Below are positions 29,460 through 43,432 of a stretch of DNA of 64,000 nucleotides, piece by piece. Below the pieces are notes generated by a model. It made no database searches and had not been told where the DNA came from. It worked only from the letters and a program-made list of their open reading frames with translations. The DNA comes from Octopus sinensis (lineage: Eukaryota), in the NCBI RefSeq assembly GCF_006345805.1, contig NC_043000.1:38440001-38504000 (forward strand), in the 5' to 3' direction. A program made the translations under genes and the position numbers. Numbering within the stretch: the first letter of the stretch is position 1; each line of letters starts with the position of its first letter.

Positions 29460-29565
29460 GCACACGCATGCACGCACGTAGACACACATATCCACACATA
29501 CACATATACAAAGATACTTATGCATGTCTATTTGTGCGTTCGATTGCATAAATGGACGCATAAAC

Positions 29566-29608
<43 letters not shown>

Positions 29609-30631
29609 CATACACACGCGCATATATATATATATATATACATGCACTCGTACATAGGTACATATATGTATATATACATCTATATATATGTACATATATA
29701 TATAGATATATATATACATACATATACATGCATATATGTGTGTGTGTGTGTATGTATATATATATCGTATCTCATAATTAAGCTCACATTTTAAAATACT
29801 TTATGTACGATAACCTAAGTTTGTTTGTATGTGCATGTATGTATATGTATGTATATATATATGTATATATATGTGCGTATATATATACATTTATATCTAC
29901 AGACTCCTATATACACGTATACACAAATACAAACACACGTAAGCATTTATAGATATTTGTATATATACACTATCAGTTTCTCTTTCTCTCTCTCTCCCGA
30001 CGACCCATCCCTGCCCACCCTTCTCACGTATACATTTTTATGCTTGTAAGTTTGCGTATGTGGGATAATCATTTTGTTTCCTATATTTTTAAACGTATGT
30101 ATTAATGTGTGTGTGTGTGTGTGTGTATTTGTGTGTGTGTATGCATGTGCGTGTATATGTGTGTGTATACATCTGTTTTCTTCGGAGAACAGATGAAGCG
30201 AAAGCGCATCTATATATGTAGTGCATGTATGTGCGCGCGGGCATGTGTGTGTGTGTGTGTGTATGTGTGTGTGTATGTTTCCATCTATGTGTACGTGCAT
30301 GTGCTTGAGCGCGTGTTCATGTAAGACCATTGGCGTGCCCGTGTATGTGTTTGTACGAATGCATGAGGGAGCGTTGAGCGTCGCAGTGCGAGCGTTTGTG
30401 CGCATGTGTGATCATTGAGCTCCGGTGCTGCCAGTCTATGACTGTTGTCTCTTGTGGCTAATGAACAGTTTGTTGGGTGGAAATTATACAAAAGGATCGG
30501 TTTAGCCGAGCAAAATGGAAACGCTTATGCAGTTGAGAGAGAAAGGCAAAACGTTTGCTTTGCTCAAAGAAAAATTTTTAAAAAAACTACAATTTCGAAT
30601 CTTTTTGTTTTTTGCTGGTTTATATTTTTTC

Positions 30632-31090
30632 CGTCTGCTTCTCTCTCTCTCACACACTTTTACTCTCTCTTTCTGTCTCTCCCTCCCTCTCTTTTTCTTT
30701 CTCTCCTCTCTCCCTTTTTCTCTCTCTCACTCTTTCTCCATAGGCCTTGTCTCTCTGTACTCTTTCCTTTTAGCCTTCTCTCTCCTCCAGCCCCACCTCT
30801 TTTTCACTCTCTGTCTCTCTAACTCTCTCGCTCTCTAATTCTCCGTCTCTCCCTCACTCTTACTCACCCTCCCGCTCTCTCTCCCTCTCACTATCACCTT
30901 CTTTGTCTCTCTGTCTCTGTCTATCTGTCCGTCCTCTCTCTCTCTAACTCTCTCGCTCTCTAATTCTCCATCTCTCCCCCACTCTTCCTCGCCCTCCCGC
31001 TCTCTCTCCCTCTTTCTATCGTCTTCTTTGCCTGTCAATCTCTCCTCTCTCTCTCTCTCTCTCTCTCTTCCTTCCCCCAACCCTATCTCC
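30632..31090. repeat. Polypyrimidine (CT-rich) tract with an internal ~35-bp direct repeat
   Basis: TCTCTAACTCTCTCGCTCTCTAATTCTCC occurs at ~30815 and ~30941. Confidence 0.85.
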
Positions 31091-31622
31091 ATCCACGGGA
31101 CCCATCCTCACACAGGCGTGTAACAAAATGGGCAAAAAAAGGAACCAAAACACAAGACAGAAGGCCAATGTGTGTGTGTGTGTATGTGGAGGTGGGAGGC
31201 GTAAGACCTGGGATAAGACCCAAGTAAAAGGGTGAGAGAAAGATTAAGCGTTTCAAGCCAAACGTTCCCAACACAATCACATTTTAAGCCGACGTTTTCA
31301 TTCGTCGTTTGTCTAAGCTAATGCGCATGCGTGTGTTTGTCACTTAACATCTGTACTCTTTCTCTCCCTCTCCCTTGTTGCACTTATTCCTTCATTCTGT
31401 TTAGTTTCGTCAATATATTTAACAAGATATTTATGTTTTGCTTTCTTTTACCGCTTCTTCTTCTTCTTCTTCTTCTTCTTCTTCTTCTTCTTCTTCTTCT
31501 TCTTCTTCTTCTTCTTCTCATTCTTCTCCTTCTTCTTCTTCTTCTTTGTTGGCCGCCATAGTTCATCAAATCTTTCTTGTATTGTCATCTCTTTGGGATT
31601 TTGCAAGTTTATTTATTTGTTG

Positions 31623-31663
<41 letters not shown>

Positions 31664-32125
31664 TGCAAGCAATGGCGGTTGTTGTGACAGTGTTATTTAT
31701 ATTTATTCTTTCTGTTTTCCTACCGATTCTTACATTTAATAATCTATTCACTTTCTTTATGTGCTGTTATTGTTGTAGCTGTTGTTACTGCAGTTGTTAT
31801 TGCCAAGGTTAAGTTTGCTTTTCATCATCACGATATCGATAACATAAAACAACAGTTAAGTACTGGGGGGGGGTCGATGTAACTGACATGCCTCCTCCTC
31901 CTCCCTTTAAAATTGCTGGCCTTGTGCCGAAGTTTGAAAGTATCATTCCGAGCGTTGATGTTTGTGTATGTATTCAAAAACCAGGGAGATTCTCAATATT
32001 TATTGCAAGGCAGTCAATTTGCCGAATATGTTTCCTATGCACATATGTATGAACGCATTTCTTTAGGAACAAGTTCCGGTTGAGAGTGTCCTTTTACTGG
32101 ATTCTGCTTCTTTGGACAACCCGTG

Positions 32126-32225
32126 NNNNNNNNNNNNNNNNNNNNNNNNNNNNNNNNNNNNNNNNNNNNNNNNNNNNNNNNNNNNNNNNNNNNNNNNNNN
32201 NNNNNNNNNNNNNNNNNNNNNNNNN
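32126..32225. other. Assembly gap (100 N; true size unknown)
   Basis: Run of exactly 100 N, typical of a scaffolding placeholder. Confidence 0.99.
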
Positions 32226-32302
32226 TCTTTAACGATATAAAAGCGAAGGACCAAATAGTTGTCAGTAAAATTGTTTGTGTCCAAAGCGCTTTTGAATGAA
32301 TC
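32226..32302 (-). CDS. Adhesion GPCR, TM6 exon (truncated by assembly gap)
   Basis: tttcacttttAG acceptor, phase 2. Encodes IHSKALWTQTILLTTIWSFAFISLK, then runs into Ns. Confidence 0.85.
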
Positions 32303-33720
32303 CTAAAAGTGAAATATAAAAATATGTAGTTTACAAACCATATTCAACCTTCTTAGCTTCACAAAGCTAATATATTCCATTAAAATCATGAAGTTAATAT
32401 GTTTAATGTCACCGAAGAGGCAGAATCTTTACAACAATCTACAAGCTATGTTTATTATTACTGAGTGAGAGAGCAGCGCGTCCCATCAAAGTAGCGCTGG
32501 CTTACAAATATACGAAGCCCAATATACCCATCATGACTACCCGTCCTATAAAGGCACACTAGGCACATGCATCACAACCATACGTGCGTGACATGGTGAT
32601 CGACTATCAAAATAAACAGAACATGACTTTGCAGTTGGAGCCTAGTTAGAATTTTCATCAAGCCAAGTAGCATATTCCCCTCAAACGAATGATGAACGAA
32701 ACACCCATGCAAACCCCAAAGAATTCTTCTCAACACATGGTTATGATGCTCCCCGACTATTTCTGCTCGTGATCAGAGATGCACATATCGTCATCCACTA
32801 AGAGACAGGTTCAACTGGTTAAGATCAAGCAATTGACAAGCAACTCTGTGGTATTGAGCAGAATATTTGCTGTAGCCCATCATTTATACCAAGACAAAAT
32901 AATGTACATGTTAACACTTCCAGTCAGGTCAGATCAGAAGCCGTGAGAGCCACGGTTTGGTTTTGCATCAGAGCAGAGCAAATCTGTGGTATTGAACAGA
33001 ATATTATTATTATTATTATTATACTTATTAATATTATTATTGTTGTTGTTGCTGCCGTTACTGCTGTTTTTAAAAGTATCTATGTTGCTATGCTAATTTA
33101 CATCGTATAGATGATAATATGCCGTTGTGTAACATATCCACCGCCTCATATTATATCCACTCTCTCTCACACACACAAGCATTCTCTTAAAGAATTTCAA
33201 GAAACTATGCCATTTGTGATCCTGTAAAACTAGGTGACATATAAACTTAGATAAACTTAGATATGTTTCGACCAAAGATTGGTCCAGGCTATGTCTAATA
33301 GCACCACCTGATAGGATCATTCGAATCCTGTTTAAGTCAAGTTTTGTTCAAGTAGTGAGTTCTTGTTGGGTGAGTTGTATCCAATTATGGGTGGCTTATC
33401 TGGCTTATCTGGTATACGATGCTTCCGCTAAATATTTTAGGTGCCTGTGTACTCGCAAGCAGATATAGTCACCCACTGGCACACACAAACACCCAAACTT
33501 TATGCAGCGAGTGCAGGCTGTAAAAGAATCTGGTGGATACTAATCGACAGAGGAGTAGAATGGTGTACTATAAAAATAAATGAAAAGTCTGGTCTACGAA
33601 CTGAACCACCAATCTCATGACCATGAGCTATATACCATAATCACTTGACCACGCAGTTTAATTTTATTAAAGTAACAGATCGCAAATAAATCATATCCCC
33701 CAAAATGAAGGGTCACTTAC

Positions 33721-33806
33721 TGGATAGTTTTGTTGGTTTTCTCGCTCTGTGTATACGAGTTTTCGTTGTGTTCTTTGGCTGTGAAGATCAACACTAAAAT
33801 AGTGAT
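33721..33806 (-). CDS. Adhesion GPCR, TM5 end-ICL3 exon
   Basis: atttgcAG ... GTAAGT; 86 bp, phase 0 to 2. Encodes ITILVLIFTAKEHNENSYTQSEKTNKTI(Q). Confidence 0.88.
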
Positions 33807-33824
33807 CTGCAAATAATAATAATG

Positions 33825-33875
<51 letters not shown>

Positions 33876-33993
33876 TAATAATAATAATAATAAGAAGAAG
33901 AATTTATTTATTTTTATTTTTATTTTTATCTAGTTTCAGCTCACAAGCTGTGGCCATGCTGGGGCACCGCCATTAATAGTAATAATAATAATA

Positions 33994-34050
<57 letters not shown>

Positions 34051-34362
34051 GAGTCAAAATTAAAAGAAGAGTGTCATTGTCATCTAGTGGACGATATTTC
34101 GACAGGTTCAAAAAATAATTTTGCCAATCTACTTCATTTTGGTTAAATATAAAGGATTGATTCTATTTTGACTCTATATCTTCTGGAGGAGTTACCTCAA
34201 TCCTTTATAAATTATTGTTATTAATAATATGATGATGATAAGGAGGAGGAGGAAGAGAACGACGACGACAACATCAAAAACAATAACAGTAATAATAATG
34301 ATTTCATTTATTTGCCACAAGGGCGAAGGATGAGCGGACAATACAAAGACAGACAGCTCTAG

Positions 34363-34593
34363 GGCGGCGAGCTGGCAGAATCGTTAGCACGCCGGGCGAA
34401 ATGCGTAGCCGTATATCGTCTGCCGTTACGTTCTGAGTTCAAATTCCGCCGAGGTCGACTTTGCCTTTCATTCTTTCGGGGTCGATAAATTAAGTACCAG
34501 TTACGCACTGGGGTCGATGTAATCGACTTAATCCGTTTGTCTGTCCTTGTTTGCCCTCTCTGTGTTTAGTCCCATGTGGGCAATAAAGAAATA
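34363..34593 (+). mobile_element. tRNA-derived SINE family A (GGCGGCGAGCTGGCAGAA...), full length
   Basis: A-box-like AGCTGGCAGAATCG, B-box GAGTTCAAATTCC, core GACTTTGCCTTTCAT..GGGGTCGATAAATTAAGTACCAG. A 16-bp duplication AATACAAAGACAGACA flanks it at 34340 and 34594. Confidence 0.88.
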
Positions 34594-36318
34594 AATACAA
34601 AGACAGACATAAAATGTGGAGGTTTACATATAATGAAAAATGTAAGTATACACTGCATGCAATGAAAGGAAAGGAACATATACAAAGTTTAGAAAAACAA
34701 AGGTAGGGATGATCGGTGTGACCCTCCTGATACAGGGTGACCTCTAGGTCCGAGGTTTCCCTGAAACCCCAAGGGCAAGTGCCCTCTCCAATTCTTTCTC
34801 TCTGGCTCACAGGTCTACACTGAGAGAGGTACCATCCACTCTTGCCATTTTCGCAACAAATATTAATAATGATAATAATAATAATAATAATAATATCAAA
34901 AGGTATTAAGAGGGATATATGTATATATACGTATGCATAATTGACATCGAAAAAAGGGCAAATTATTCGTCGATGTATCCATGTGTTTAGAGAGATATAT
35001 TAACTGACAGAATTTACGGAAACTTTTGTCTACTAAATTTCGCAATAACTGCACTTCCATTTTTCCTGTCTGTCACTATATTCTATTATACGACATTTAA
35101 AACCATGCAATTGCTTTCCGCTTCCGCGTTCTTTTCAGTAAACATACAGTCACTTTCTCTCTCTCTCTCTCTTTGCCTCTTCTTTCGTTTATACCATAAT
35201 CTCCTGCCTTACGCACTTCTATCTCTTTCTCCCCCCCGCCTTCTCTCTCTCACTTGCTTTCTATCACTTCAGCTATTTCACCACACAACATAATAGCGAT
35301 CTTTTTCTCCTAGCTCTCACCGCTAATACTCCTCTCGCCCTCTCTCTTTCACATTCCTCACACACACTCTCTCACTCTCTCTCTTTTCGCTCCTCTCCTC
35401 AACTAGCCATGCGACAGCATCATTCATTTTGTCTTAGCATATTACTCTACAGATTCCCATGTTCACATCAATCGTCGTAAGCATACGGGTCAAAATTGGT
35501 ATTTCAATTTCCCACGTCCCACGACAGACTTCAGTTTTGATGTACTTTTCTAATTCATTTCAATAAGTGTAAGAAACAACCTCATAACATTGACACTCAT
35601 AAAAATAATCTGCTTCATTCACATGACTGTGTTAACGACCAAAATTGAGAGATGTTTATAATACATAGGAGAGAGGAAAGGAATGGTGTTTAGCAGAAAT
35701 AGCAGAAGAATTAAGAGTACAGAAAGCAGATTGGTCGCTACTAGTCTTGTGATCAATATAAGACACCGTTGCATATTTGTTAAGGCTACAAGCGAGTGAT
35801 TTATAGCTTTGACGAAGCCGGCTATTTGATCTATAATGACGGAAGGCATTAGCAAATATTAAAGATTTGTATCATTTAAAGAACTAAAGACTAATGCTAC
35901 CACATTTAGAAAGAATCTGGAGTCTCTGTCGCTGAACGATTGTATACTAGTGCTGTTAGTCATTGTGTGTTAGTTTAGGTTACTTTGGTAGAGAATGATG
36001 TACGTGCGCAAATGCACACACACACACACACACACATACACACACACACACACAAATATATATTATATACACACATTGACACAAAGAAGTGTACGTTCAT
36101 ACAAACACTCATACATATTTACATAGATAAATATATGCACAGGCACACTAGCATATATATGATTATATGTATGTATGTGTATATATATATATATATGTGT
36201 GTATGTGTGTAACTATATATAAAAATATATATACATACACACACATGCGCGTTTACAAATACACACATACATACAGATACATATATATGTGTGTGTGTAT
36301 GTGTGTATGCATATATGT

Positions 36319-36350
<32 letters not shown>

Positions 36351-36725
36351 CATATCATATGTATATATATGCATATGTATATAATATATGTGTAAAGATA
36401 TATGATATATGATATATATATATTTATATATGTACATATGTACACACACACACCTACATACACATATAGTTAATGTCTGTCTTTTTGTTCATTTATAATT
36501 TAAAAAATTACATTAATGTGATGGGTTACTCTATACTTTTGCAGAATACAAATTTGTTAGTCATAAGTCATAGCAAGCGCATTATTGACAGAGACTTCGA
36601 AGCTTCGGCCAGTTAAGCCAACCGACGATGGTTTAACTGCCACTAATATTCTTGTTGAGGAATTATATAAGTAGATATATTACATGCATATATATATATA
36701 TATATATATATATTCTATATATAAT

Positions 36726-36759
<34 letters not shown>

Positions 36760-36769
36760 TGTATGTATG

Positions 36770-36803
<34 letters not shown>

Positions 36804-36886
36804 GGTATATATATATGCATGTATAAATATACATATATATGTATGTATGTATATATATATGTATCTATGTATGTATATATATATAT

Positions 36887-36917
<31 letters not shown>

Positions 36918-37582
36918 AGATACATATATATGTATGTATAATATGTATATATATACACACATATATATATATGAATGCGTGACCCCTCTGTCCGGCATTC
37001 GCCATGATAGATCGCTAGTCTCAACACATTTTTTATTTTCTCTCCCTACTTATTTCTGTGTTCCTTTCCGTGGAAGAGCGTAGGCTCGAAACGTTAAAGA
37101 CTTTTTCACTTCCTGAGCGTCAAACTAATACATCTGTTTATTATCTACACCAGCTTTCTTCGTCTTTTGTTTTGTGTGATCTACCCCTATATATATATAT
37201 ATTTAATAGCAGTAATTATAACGATTGAGAATATGGAGATCGATACATCTTTAAAGTTTATTTCCTTTTTCCGGTCGAGATAGTATGCTGGCCACGTCGT
37301 GCGATGTAAAAAGTAATTGGGTTTTATCAGTGAGATCTTTTATGTAATCCTTCTTAAGTGGCAACGGGTTATCATTTAGGGGTGTATTGAAGCTGATTGT
37401 CTCTCCATATTTAGGCATGCCACCTTAGTAACCCTTTGAAATACGCGGATTAATATTAATGTGTGTTTAGAGAGATATATTATCCGGGTGGATACCGTGC
37501 TACCTCATTTATCCTTGACTGAATTGTAATATTTCTAGGAGTGTATATTTGCAATAATCATAAGGACAGAGAATATGGAGAC

Positions 37583-37620
<38 letters not shown>

Positions 37621-37839
37621 CACACACACACATACAAACACATGAGAAATTAGGTTTCTCAAAAACCAGAAAAGAGAAGAGAAAGCTAACTCGAAGACTA
37701 CAGATCCAATCCATCACTGGAACTGTAAAAATCTGCAAAACTTTCCAGAAGTTTATCATTTATATATATATGAGCATGTCTAGATATGTAACTATATGCA
37801 TCAGAATACATACATAAAACAAAACATTCAAATCTGCAC

Positions 37840-38137
37840 ATATACATACATACATACATACATACATACATACATACATACATACATACATACAAACATA
37901 CATACATACATACATGCATGCATACATACATACATACATACATACATACACACATACATACATGCACACATACATACATACACACATACATACATACATA
38001 CACACATACACACATACATACATACATAAATCCTTACATACATACATAAGTACATACATACATGCATACATACACACATACATACATACATACTTACATA
38101 CATACACACGTACATACATACATACATACATGCATAC

Positions 38138-38168
<31 letters not shown>

Positions 38169-38205
38169 CATACATACATACATACATACATACATACATG
38201 CATAC
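37840..38205. repeat. (TACA)n microsatellite
   Basis: Direct reading. Confidence 0.95.
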
Positions 38206-38505
38206 GGAGATCCACCACCACAACTCGAGTTACGATGCACTCAAATAATTAATCAACATATTTTCTGTAATGACCAAGCGTTTTGTGTAGTTCATTATAA
38301 ACCGTTTTGCGTTGTTCATTAGAAATTCCATATTTTATGAGCTGATGTAATTGTATATCAGATTCTCTTAAATAAAAATATTTTCATTTGATTTTCAACG
38401 CTTTTTCGTTTTGTAACCTCTGAAATAAAGCTAAACTTCAATATTTTTTAAATAACTAAATGTCTTTAATTTCAAAGGAATTTTAGAAAGGATACCAATA
38501 CTTAC

Positions 38506-38566
38506 GGCAATAATTCCAACAGCTGGTCCTAAAAACAGCCATATGTGTCCCCAAGCAATCCAGCAC
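38506..38566 (-). CDS. Adhesion GPCR, ECL2-TM5 exon
   Basis: ttttctaacaaaAG ... GTAAGT; 61 bp, phase 2 to 0. Encodes CWIAWGHIWLFLGPAVGIIA (CW and FxGP motifs). Confidence 0.92.
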
Positions 38567-38784
38567 CTTTTGTTAGAAAATATATTTTTTAAAAAAAGTG
38601 ATTATATAAGAATATAAAGGAATATACGTGTGTGCATGAGAGAGAGAGAGTTTTGTGTGTGTGTGTGCGTGCGCGCGCGCACTGGGATGCGTGTGTATCC
38701 GTGTGCAGGAGAGTGGGAATGCATGCGTTTGTTCGAGTATGTTTATATAGACACACACACACACACATACATATATCCATGTTG

Positions 38785-38985
38785 AATCGTTAGCCCCTAC
38801 ACGCAATTTTTTTCTCTCCTTGTTTCTCTCCTTATTTCTTTTCTGTGTATCTTTCTGTCGAAGAGCGTAGGCTCGAAACGTAAAAGACTTGTTTTATTTC
38901 TATTCCTGAGCGCCATACTAATACATTGTTTGTTTGTACTCCACCTGCCTTCGTCTTTTGTTTATTTTCGTAAACCTTCCTGTTA
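38785..38985 (+). mobile_element. Short Penelope-like (pLTR-derived) repeat with hammerhead-like motif, family P1
   Basis: ~200-bp repeat bounded by (TA)n; other copies at ~335-515 (-), ~37005-37190 (+), ~59665-59850 (+) and partial ~46025-46130 (-). All full copies carry GAAGAGCGTAGGCTCGAAACGT. Confidence 0.65.
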
Positions 38986-39784
38986 TATATACTCTTTTAC
39001 TCTTTTATTTGTTTCAGCCATTTGACTGTGGCCATGCTGGAGCACCGCCTTATGCACATTTGCGTATACGTAGTTATGTATATATATATATATATAACGG
39101 TATGTATTTATGTGTCACAGGGTTCTGGGTTCAATCTCATTGCATGACATTTTGAGTAAGTGTTTTCTACTATGGCCTCGAGTCAACCAAGGCCTTTTGA
39201 GTGGATTTGGTAGGCGGAAACTGAAGCAAGACCATCCTATATATATATAAACTTTTCTTTCTTCCTTGTATCTTTTATTTCGCTTCCATTACCACTTCAG
39301 ATTTTTCTTCAATATATTTACGTATGTTTTCACGTAATTATGTCTGCAACTGCAGATTTTTTAAAAGTCTTTTATCTTACACACATATTTTAAATATATT
39401 TATTTACTTATAGATTTTTTTTTTAAATGTCTATGTATTTATAAATATTTTTAATGTATTATGTATATACTTGTTCTTTAAATTCATCTGAAATCGGAGT
39501 CATGTTTGTAGATGAAATTACCTGCTCTTACGTTTCTTCATGTTATATATGTTCATCTTTAGTCTCAAGTTCCTTTTGAGCGTTTCTAAGTGCAAACCTT
39601 AACTTCGTGAGAACATTTCTAATTAAGCAAGTTCTTTCTCAAAACAATTATATATATACATGGGTGTGTTTGTGTGGTGCGTGCGTGCGTGTGTGTATGT
39701 GTGTGTGTGTGAGTGTGGGAGTGCTTGTGTCTGCGGTTTCACCCCCTCTCCACCAGCGTTTGAGAACCGGTATTAATGTGCTTA

Positions 39785-40018
39785 GAAGGCGGTGAGCTGG
39801 CAGAAACGTTAGCACGCCGGGCGAAATGCTTAACGGTATTTCGCTTGTCGTTACGTTGTGAGTTCAAATTCCGCCGAGGTTGACTTTGCCTTTCATCTTT
39901 TCGGGGTCGATAAATTAAGTACCAGTTACGCACTGGGGTCGATGTAATCGACTTAATACCTATGTCTGTCCTTGTTTGTCCCCTCTATGTTTAGCCCCTT
40001 GTGGGCAATAAAGAAATA
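39785..40018 (+). mobile_element. SINE family A, full length, nested in a family B SINE
   Basis: Near-identical to 34363-34593; perfect 16-bp TSD GGTATTAATGTGCTTA (39769-39784, 40019-40034). Confidence 0.9.
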
Positions 40019-40994
40019 GGTATTAATGTGCTTACGTTCCCGTAATCTAGCAGTTTGGCAAAAGAGATCGATAGGTTAAGTACGCGGCTTCAATATATAT
40101 ACTGGTGTAGGGCACTGCCCAACGACTTATAACAGACGAACTGTTGACAGGAACTTCGCTGCGGGCTAGCAAGGGAGCCGGGCGGGAGGGGTTTTCACCT
40201 ATGCGCGAGTCGAATGATCACTCGGGGGCCGCATGTGCTTAACCGAATGAAACTACATAAATCCTTCATAAACACACTCTTGTTCTCCTTTGATGTTTTT
40301 GCATATAGCTTATTCCCAATATAAGGGAATAAAATGTGTTTATTATGCATAACTGAATTTATGAAACTTCTACAGTCTAGAGGAAAATTACGAAACACAC
40401 ATGACGAACGTGGAGGTAAATGTAGGCACCGAAGTAATTTTATACAATAGTAAAATGAAGTACTGAACCCCGAACCTCTGAATCAAATAACCACATAATT
40501 TTATTTCTAAAGCACTTGAATAATCTATTTAAATAAATAAAATATATATAAAAATATAATACAATAATTTAAATAAAATAAATATATGAATTAAATATTA
40601 CTAAAATTATATAACAAATTATATACACCTCCCAATATAGGTAAATTTGAAAATAATTATAGAGGATAATTTAAAATTAAAACTATGTACAGTGTAATTA
40701 TACGCCCTTGGTACTATTCACCTATAAATACCCATAGTTCCCTGCAATCTTCTTCCTCAAATCACTATTTTAGTACCAGCAAAAAAAGGAAGATATATAT
40801 TTGAATTTTTCTTGTTATATATCACATTTAAACATAAACATTTTTATTCTGATGTTTAATTTTATATCTCACATTCTGTATTTGACATATACTTGATCTT
40901 GATTTTACATGATTGATATATATACTAATTCATATTTATAATGTATAATTTATAAATTTTAATTCTTAATATTATGAAGTATAATTTGTATTAC

Positions 40995-41217
40995 GCTTTT
41001 TACTCTTTTACGTGTTTCAGTCATTTGACTGCGGCCATGCTGAACCACCACCTTTAGTCAAGAAAATCGACCCCAAGACTTCTTTGTAAGCCTAGTTCTT
41101 ATTCCATCAGTCTGTTTTGCCGAACCGCTAAGTTATGGGGAGGTAAACACACCACCATCGGTTGTCAAGCGATGTTGGGCACAAAACAGACACACACACA
41201 TATACACACACACACAC

Positions 41218-41255
<38 letters not shown>

Positions 41256-41259
41256 CACA

Positions 41260-41294
<35 letters not shown>

Positions 41295-41450
41295 CATACA
41301 TATATAGGACGGGCGTCTTTCAGCTTCCGTCTACCAAATCCACTCACAAGGATTTAGTCGGCCCGAGGCTATGGTAGAAGACACTTGCCCAAGGTGCCAC
41401 GCAGTGGGACTGAACCCGGAACCATGTGGTTGGAAAGCAAGCTACTTACC
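40995..41450 (-). mobile_element. SINE family B, near full length
   Basis: Reverse complement of the family B consensus with an internal (CA)n(TA)n. Confidence 0.88.
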
Positions 41451-42164
41451 ATTACGTTCGTAAATATGTAATGGTTTAAGGCTGTCATTTGAGAGCTAAG
41501 TAAATATAGGTTGTTAGATTGCTAGAGAATCGTATATGAATTCACAGATAATTGAAAAGAACAAATTAAAAAGACATTCTGGATAAGTAAAATGTTGGAC
41601 TGATAATAAATCAAATCAAATATATAAATAACAACAAAGAAACTAGGTTAAAATTTATATAAGGATTACATAACTGTAAATCACAAGTAATATGGCGTTG
41701 CATTTGCTTTGTTGACGGATAACATATGATAAAATTAAAGAGAGACAATGAAAGCATTTGACAATAAGAAAAGCTATATAAACGACGAACAATAAAGCTA
41801 GAAACAAACACGGAGGGGTACAAAACAAAAAGGGAGATAAATGCTTTGTGGATTTAGCTGTAAGTACTCGATGATATAATTGTTATGTTAGGCGATAAAA
41901 TTACCTCATATGACTTGTCGCGTGATCTGGTAGTCTTGTCCATTATATAAGAGCTGCTTTTCGGTAGAAGGAGTGAATGCGCTTTCTGCATGTTCTTATA
42001 TGTGTAATTATACACAGATAAATACACGCAGTTAGATGCATGCTCAGGCATTCACGCTGACGTGAACATTCACACATCACTGCCGTTGCACGCAATAATC
42101 CACTAAGGCCAATACCACCAATATCACAATAGCCTATTAGCAGTATCATTGTGATTGTCTAGCA

Positions 42165-42277
42165 CAGCCGTTCCCAACCACTTTCTTTAAATGAGTTTTT
42201 CCACAGACCCCTTTTGATATGCTTATCTTTAAGTATCTATGTATGTATGTATGTATGTATGTATGTATGTATGTATG

Positions 42278-42323
<46 letters not shown>

Positions 42324-42400
42324 ATATTATATATATATGATATTTTGAATTTAGTTCATAGACCGCCCGGGGTCCGCGGACCATAGTTTGGGAACCACTG
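42165..42400. mobile_element. hAT-type MITE with internal microsatellite
   Basis: TIRs CAGCCGTTCCCAAC / GTTTGGGAACCACTG; 8-bp TSD GTCTAGCA / GTCTAGCT. A related right end occurs at ~60320-60409. Confidence 0.8.
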
Positions 42401-43067
42401 GTCTAGCTCCTAATCAACACAGATTCAGCTGACTCATTATTAACGACATTCCGGCTGTGACTATCTTGTCTTTTATCAGACATTATGTTAAGATCCATAT
42501 TGTCTATGTTCTATGGCACGAGCAGCCAGAAGCGTTAGCACGTCTGACAGAATACTGAACGGCATTTCTTCCTGGTTCATATTTCGCCAAGGCATACTTT
42601 GCTTTTTATCCTTTGGGACGATAAAGTAAGCATCACTCAAGTGCTGCGGTTGATAAAATCGACTTCCTCAAAATTGCATTACTATTAACACTTTATATAA
42701 ATGAAAGCGATTGCCGTTAGTCGAAAGCGATCATGATTTGATAGTGTGTTCATGTTTTCACATACACTGAATAAATTTAAGACCGATGATAAAAGTTCTA
42801 TTTCTTACAAAATATTTTTTTTTACTAACACCATACAAATTATTTTAATTTTTTACACCTTATGCAGAATTTATTTCTCTTTCGAATGATGCAGACAATA
42901 ACTATTTTTATACAACTTGAAGAATTCTAATGCTAAATTAATATAAACGTTTCAAATTTACCGGCAAAATTAGTTTAAATTTCACCGAGGTCCGCTTTAT
43001 CTATCATCCATTTCGGGATTGGCTAAATAAAATACCAGTTAAGCATTGCTGTTGACCTAATCAAATG

Positions 43068-43320
43068 TCCTGTTGTGTCTGGGAGAGTCATTTTCCTTTT
43101 GTGCCTTATAATTTAACACACTCACTGGTGAAATTTCCACTTATTTCTTATTTTTATTTTCCTAAACATTTCGTTGTGTCTTGCAACCTTTTCAATAGTC
43201 CTGAGTGTGTTAAATTATAAGGCACAAAAAGAAAATGACTCTCCCCAGATACAACAGAATATGCTTCAACACACGAACTCATGTAAAGAATCTTGCAAAC
43301 CAAATCCCAAAACGAAATAA
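43068..43320. mobile_element. Penelope-like repeat family P3 with partial inverted duplication
   Basis: ~43070-43125 is inverted at ~43202-43258. The same family occurs at ~7710-7896, with a fragment at ~52140-52200. A hammerhead-like motif lies on the minus strand. Confidence 0.55.
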
Positions 43321-43432
43321 TCAAATGTCACTTTTCCTAAAACCTTTTCTCAGCACAAAATAGCGTGGAGTTTTTCACCATTTGTGAACCTCGGTTCTAA
43401 TGCATGAAAACACGAAACGAATAAATACTTAC

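Noticed and set aside
32460-33000. Complex sequence that looks like a dispersed octopus repeat
   Set aside because: Single copy in the window with no diagnostic termini or ORF, so the class cannot be supported.
35619-35855. Hydrophobic minus-strand ORF within the aGPCR locus
   Set aside because: The flanking exons already join in frame and the ORF has no 7TM motif; likely a chance ORF in AT-rich DNA.
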